Positions 62,119 through 64,000 of a stretch of DNA of 64,000 nt are shown here, piece after piece. The stretch comes from Octopus sinensis (lineage: Eukaryota). A program made the translations under genes and the position numbers. The stretch's first letter is position 1. Each line of letters begins with the position of its first letter. The stretch covers positions 30,950,464-31,014,463 of the forward strand of contig NC_043011.1 in NCBI RefSeq assembly GCF_006345805.1, read 5' to 3'. The notes under the pieces were generated by a model. That model had not been told where the DNA came from, made no database searches, and worked only from the letters and a program-made list of their open reading frames with translations.

Positions 62119-62924
62119 TTATACAGGAATCCCTTGCTTTATGGAAGTAATGCGTTCCTAAATATCTGGCCATAACGCGAAATTCCATAATGCGAAATTA
62201 ATTTTGATATCAAGTGAGATTGTGTTCCCACGGACTTTTTCAGAAATACAGAAGCACAAGAAAACAACAGAGAACAAGCAACACGATCGCCTTTATACAT
62301 GAAAATATCAATTTCTAAACACACGTTATACAAAAACAAAAACATTTCAAGAGAAATGTTAGAGAATTAATAAGAGTCGTAATATCGTAAGGGTACGTTC
62401 TTACCATAAAAGATGTTGTCTATTGTGTGAGGGATGGTGGTGAAATGAGCCTTACTAGAAGGATTAGGGACAATGTTTATTATCGTATAATTCATTATCA
62501 CGGACATCAGCTGGAAGAGTGAAGAACCTTAACCAAAGTTGTTGTTTATGACGCATCATCTCTTTGTACAGCTTAGTGTAGGAACTGAGTCGATTGTAAC
62601 TTCCTCCAGTAATTTTTGTTTCGTTCATGATTAGGATCGTTATCAGCAAAAGCTCGTAGACTTTCCTCTCTAAGTGCCAACTCGGATCTTTTCGGTTTGA
62701 ACGGCAGATTTTTAAAATAATTTCTATGTAACTAAACACTTTTAAACTTCGTATACTGGCAGAATGTGTTTATAAAACATCTTTTTCTCTTGGCTTTCTT
62801 GAGAAAATTCTGTAGTCTGTAAGATATTTGTAAGATATTTTCTTCAATTTTGGCAATTTCAACCAATCAATGACGTCTATTGAGGTGAAACAGTTACATA
62901 GAAATTATTTTTAAAAACTGCCAT

Positions 62925-63325
62925 TCAAACCCATAAAATTATCAACCATCTTACAAACAATAACTCTGAGCACCTTTTCGAACTCCACCCGTCTAACACC
63001 CGTGGACATATTTACAAAGTCAGAAAACAGCACAGCTCCCATGACTTCAGGAAACATTTTTTCACGCTAAGAGTTGCTGAAGCATGGAACAAACTGCTGG
63101 CATCAGTTGTTAGTTGTCGGAGCACTGCATCCTTCAAAACTTTCATGCTTTCTGAGATTCGCCAACACTACACCTGATTTTCTCCCCTCCATACACACAC
63201 AAGCATGTATCTGACTCATACATTGTTCGCTTTCCAGACATTTGTACATTACTGCATATACTTTATACGCACTTTCTGACAAGTTGTGGTGCACCTGAGT
63301 ACTGTATACAATAATTTCATTATTA
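62925..63325 (+). mobile_element. CR1-type LINE 3' end, second copy
   Basis: Near-identical to 52205-52585; ATT tail. Confidence 0.85.
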
Positions 63326-63329
63326 TTAT

Positions 63330-64000
63330 AAACCGAAAAGATCCGCCAACTCGTTAGCAGTAATTAAGTAGTGTAAGTGGAACTTCCATTGTCTCATCTG
63401 TATTCTCAGCTTGTTCTAACAGCATCAACTCCTCATTGGATAAACTTTCTCTCTGGCACACTAGCAACTCAGTCACATAGTCTCTATAACTCCTACAAAT
63501 CCTACATCCTTTACAAATGTCACAGTATCTTATCGAATTTGATGTAGATGTTCTGCTTGAGGAAAACTTGTAATATAGTCTGGCCATATGCTTCTCTAAC
63601 CACCATTCAGAGTTGAAGATTTCACTTCATCCCATGACTCAGCTATATTATCCACAGTATCCATTATGTTGAATTTCTTTCAGAAATCTCTAACTGTAGG
63701 TTTATCCTTCCTGTCAATTGCTTTCGTAAGTTGTTTGAAAGTTCTTATATAATATGCCTTGAAGTTAGCTATCACGCCTTGAACCAATGGCTGGAGCAAA
63801 GAAGTATTTTTGAGGATATATTCTACTCACATTATCAGAAAGGTCATCTCTGTTGTCACATATTGTTCCCACTATAGACGTTGCAAGGTTTAATGTTTTG
63901 GCAATCTAATTTTCTTTCCCACATCAAATCTTTTAAATACATCAAGTTTAAAATGTAGAGTTCCTTTTCACGTTACTGCCTTCAATTCTACTTGACAGCT
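63330..64000 (-). pseudogene. pogo/Tigger DDE transposase fragment
   Basis: SLLQPLVQGVIANFKAYY (DDE_1 QP.DQG motif) and ESLSNEELMLLE. Confidence 0.75.

Overview
AT-rich, microsatellite-dense eukaryotic (animal) genomic DNA. The SINE families and repeat landscape look like an octopus/coleoid cephalopod genome; this is inference from recognised repeat sequences, not a database result. The only intact host genes are three paralogous class A (rhodopsin-like) GPCRs with intronless coding regions (11467-12525 +, 36134-37432 -, 54939-55982 +), each with a splice acceptor 82-87 nt upstream of the ATG. The rest is mostly decayed mobile DNA: Tx1/L1-like, CR1-like, RTE, R4/Dong-like and Penelope-like retroelements, three tRNA-derived SINE families, a Gypsy gag fragment and candidate solo LTRs, Helitrons, mariner, pogo/Tigger and hAT elements. 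The main observations are: a canonical type I hammerhead ribozyme inside a ~420-bp palindrome, plus several degenerate copies; an HDV-like ribozyme fold at the exact 5' start of a repeat; a 27-nt identity between a Tx1-like LINE 3' UTR and a SINE tail; a GPCR-family CGNIGExC motif suggesting a second disulfide; a coding minisatellite extending one GPCR tail; and several long inverted duplications anchored at (TA)n tracts. Many repeat boundaries are approximate because they were read by eye.
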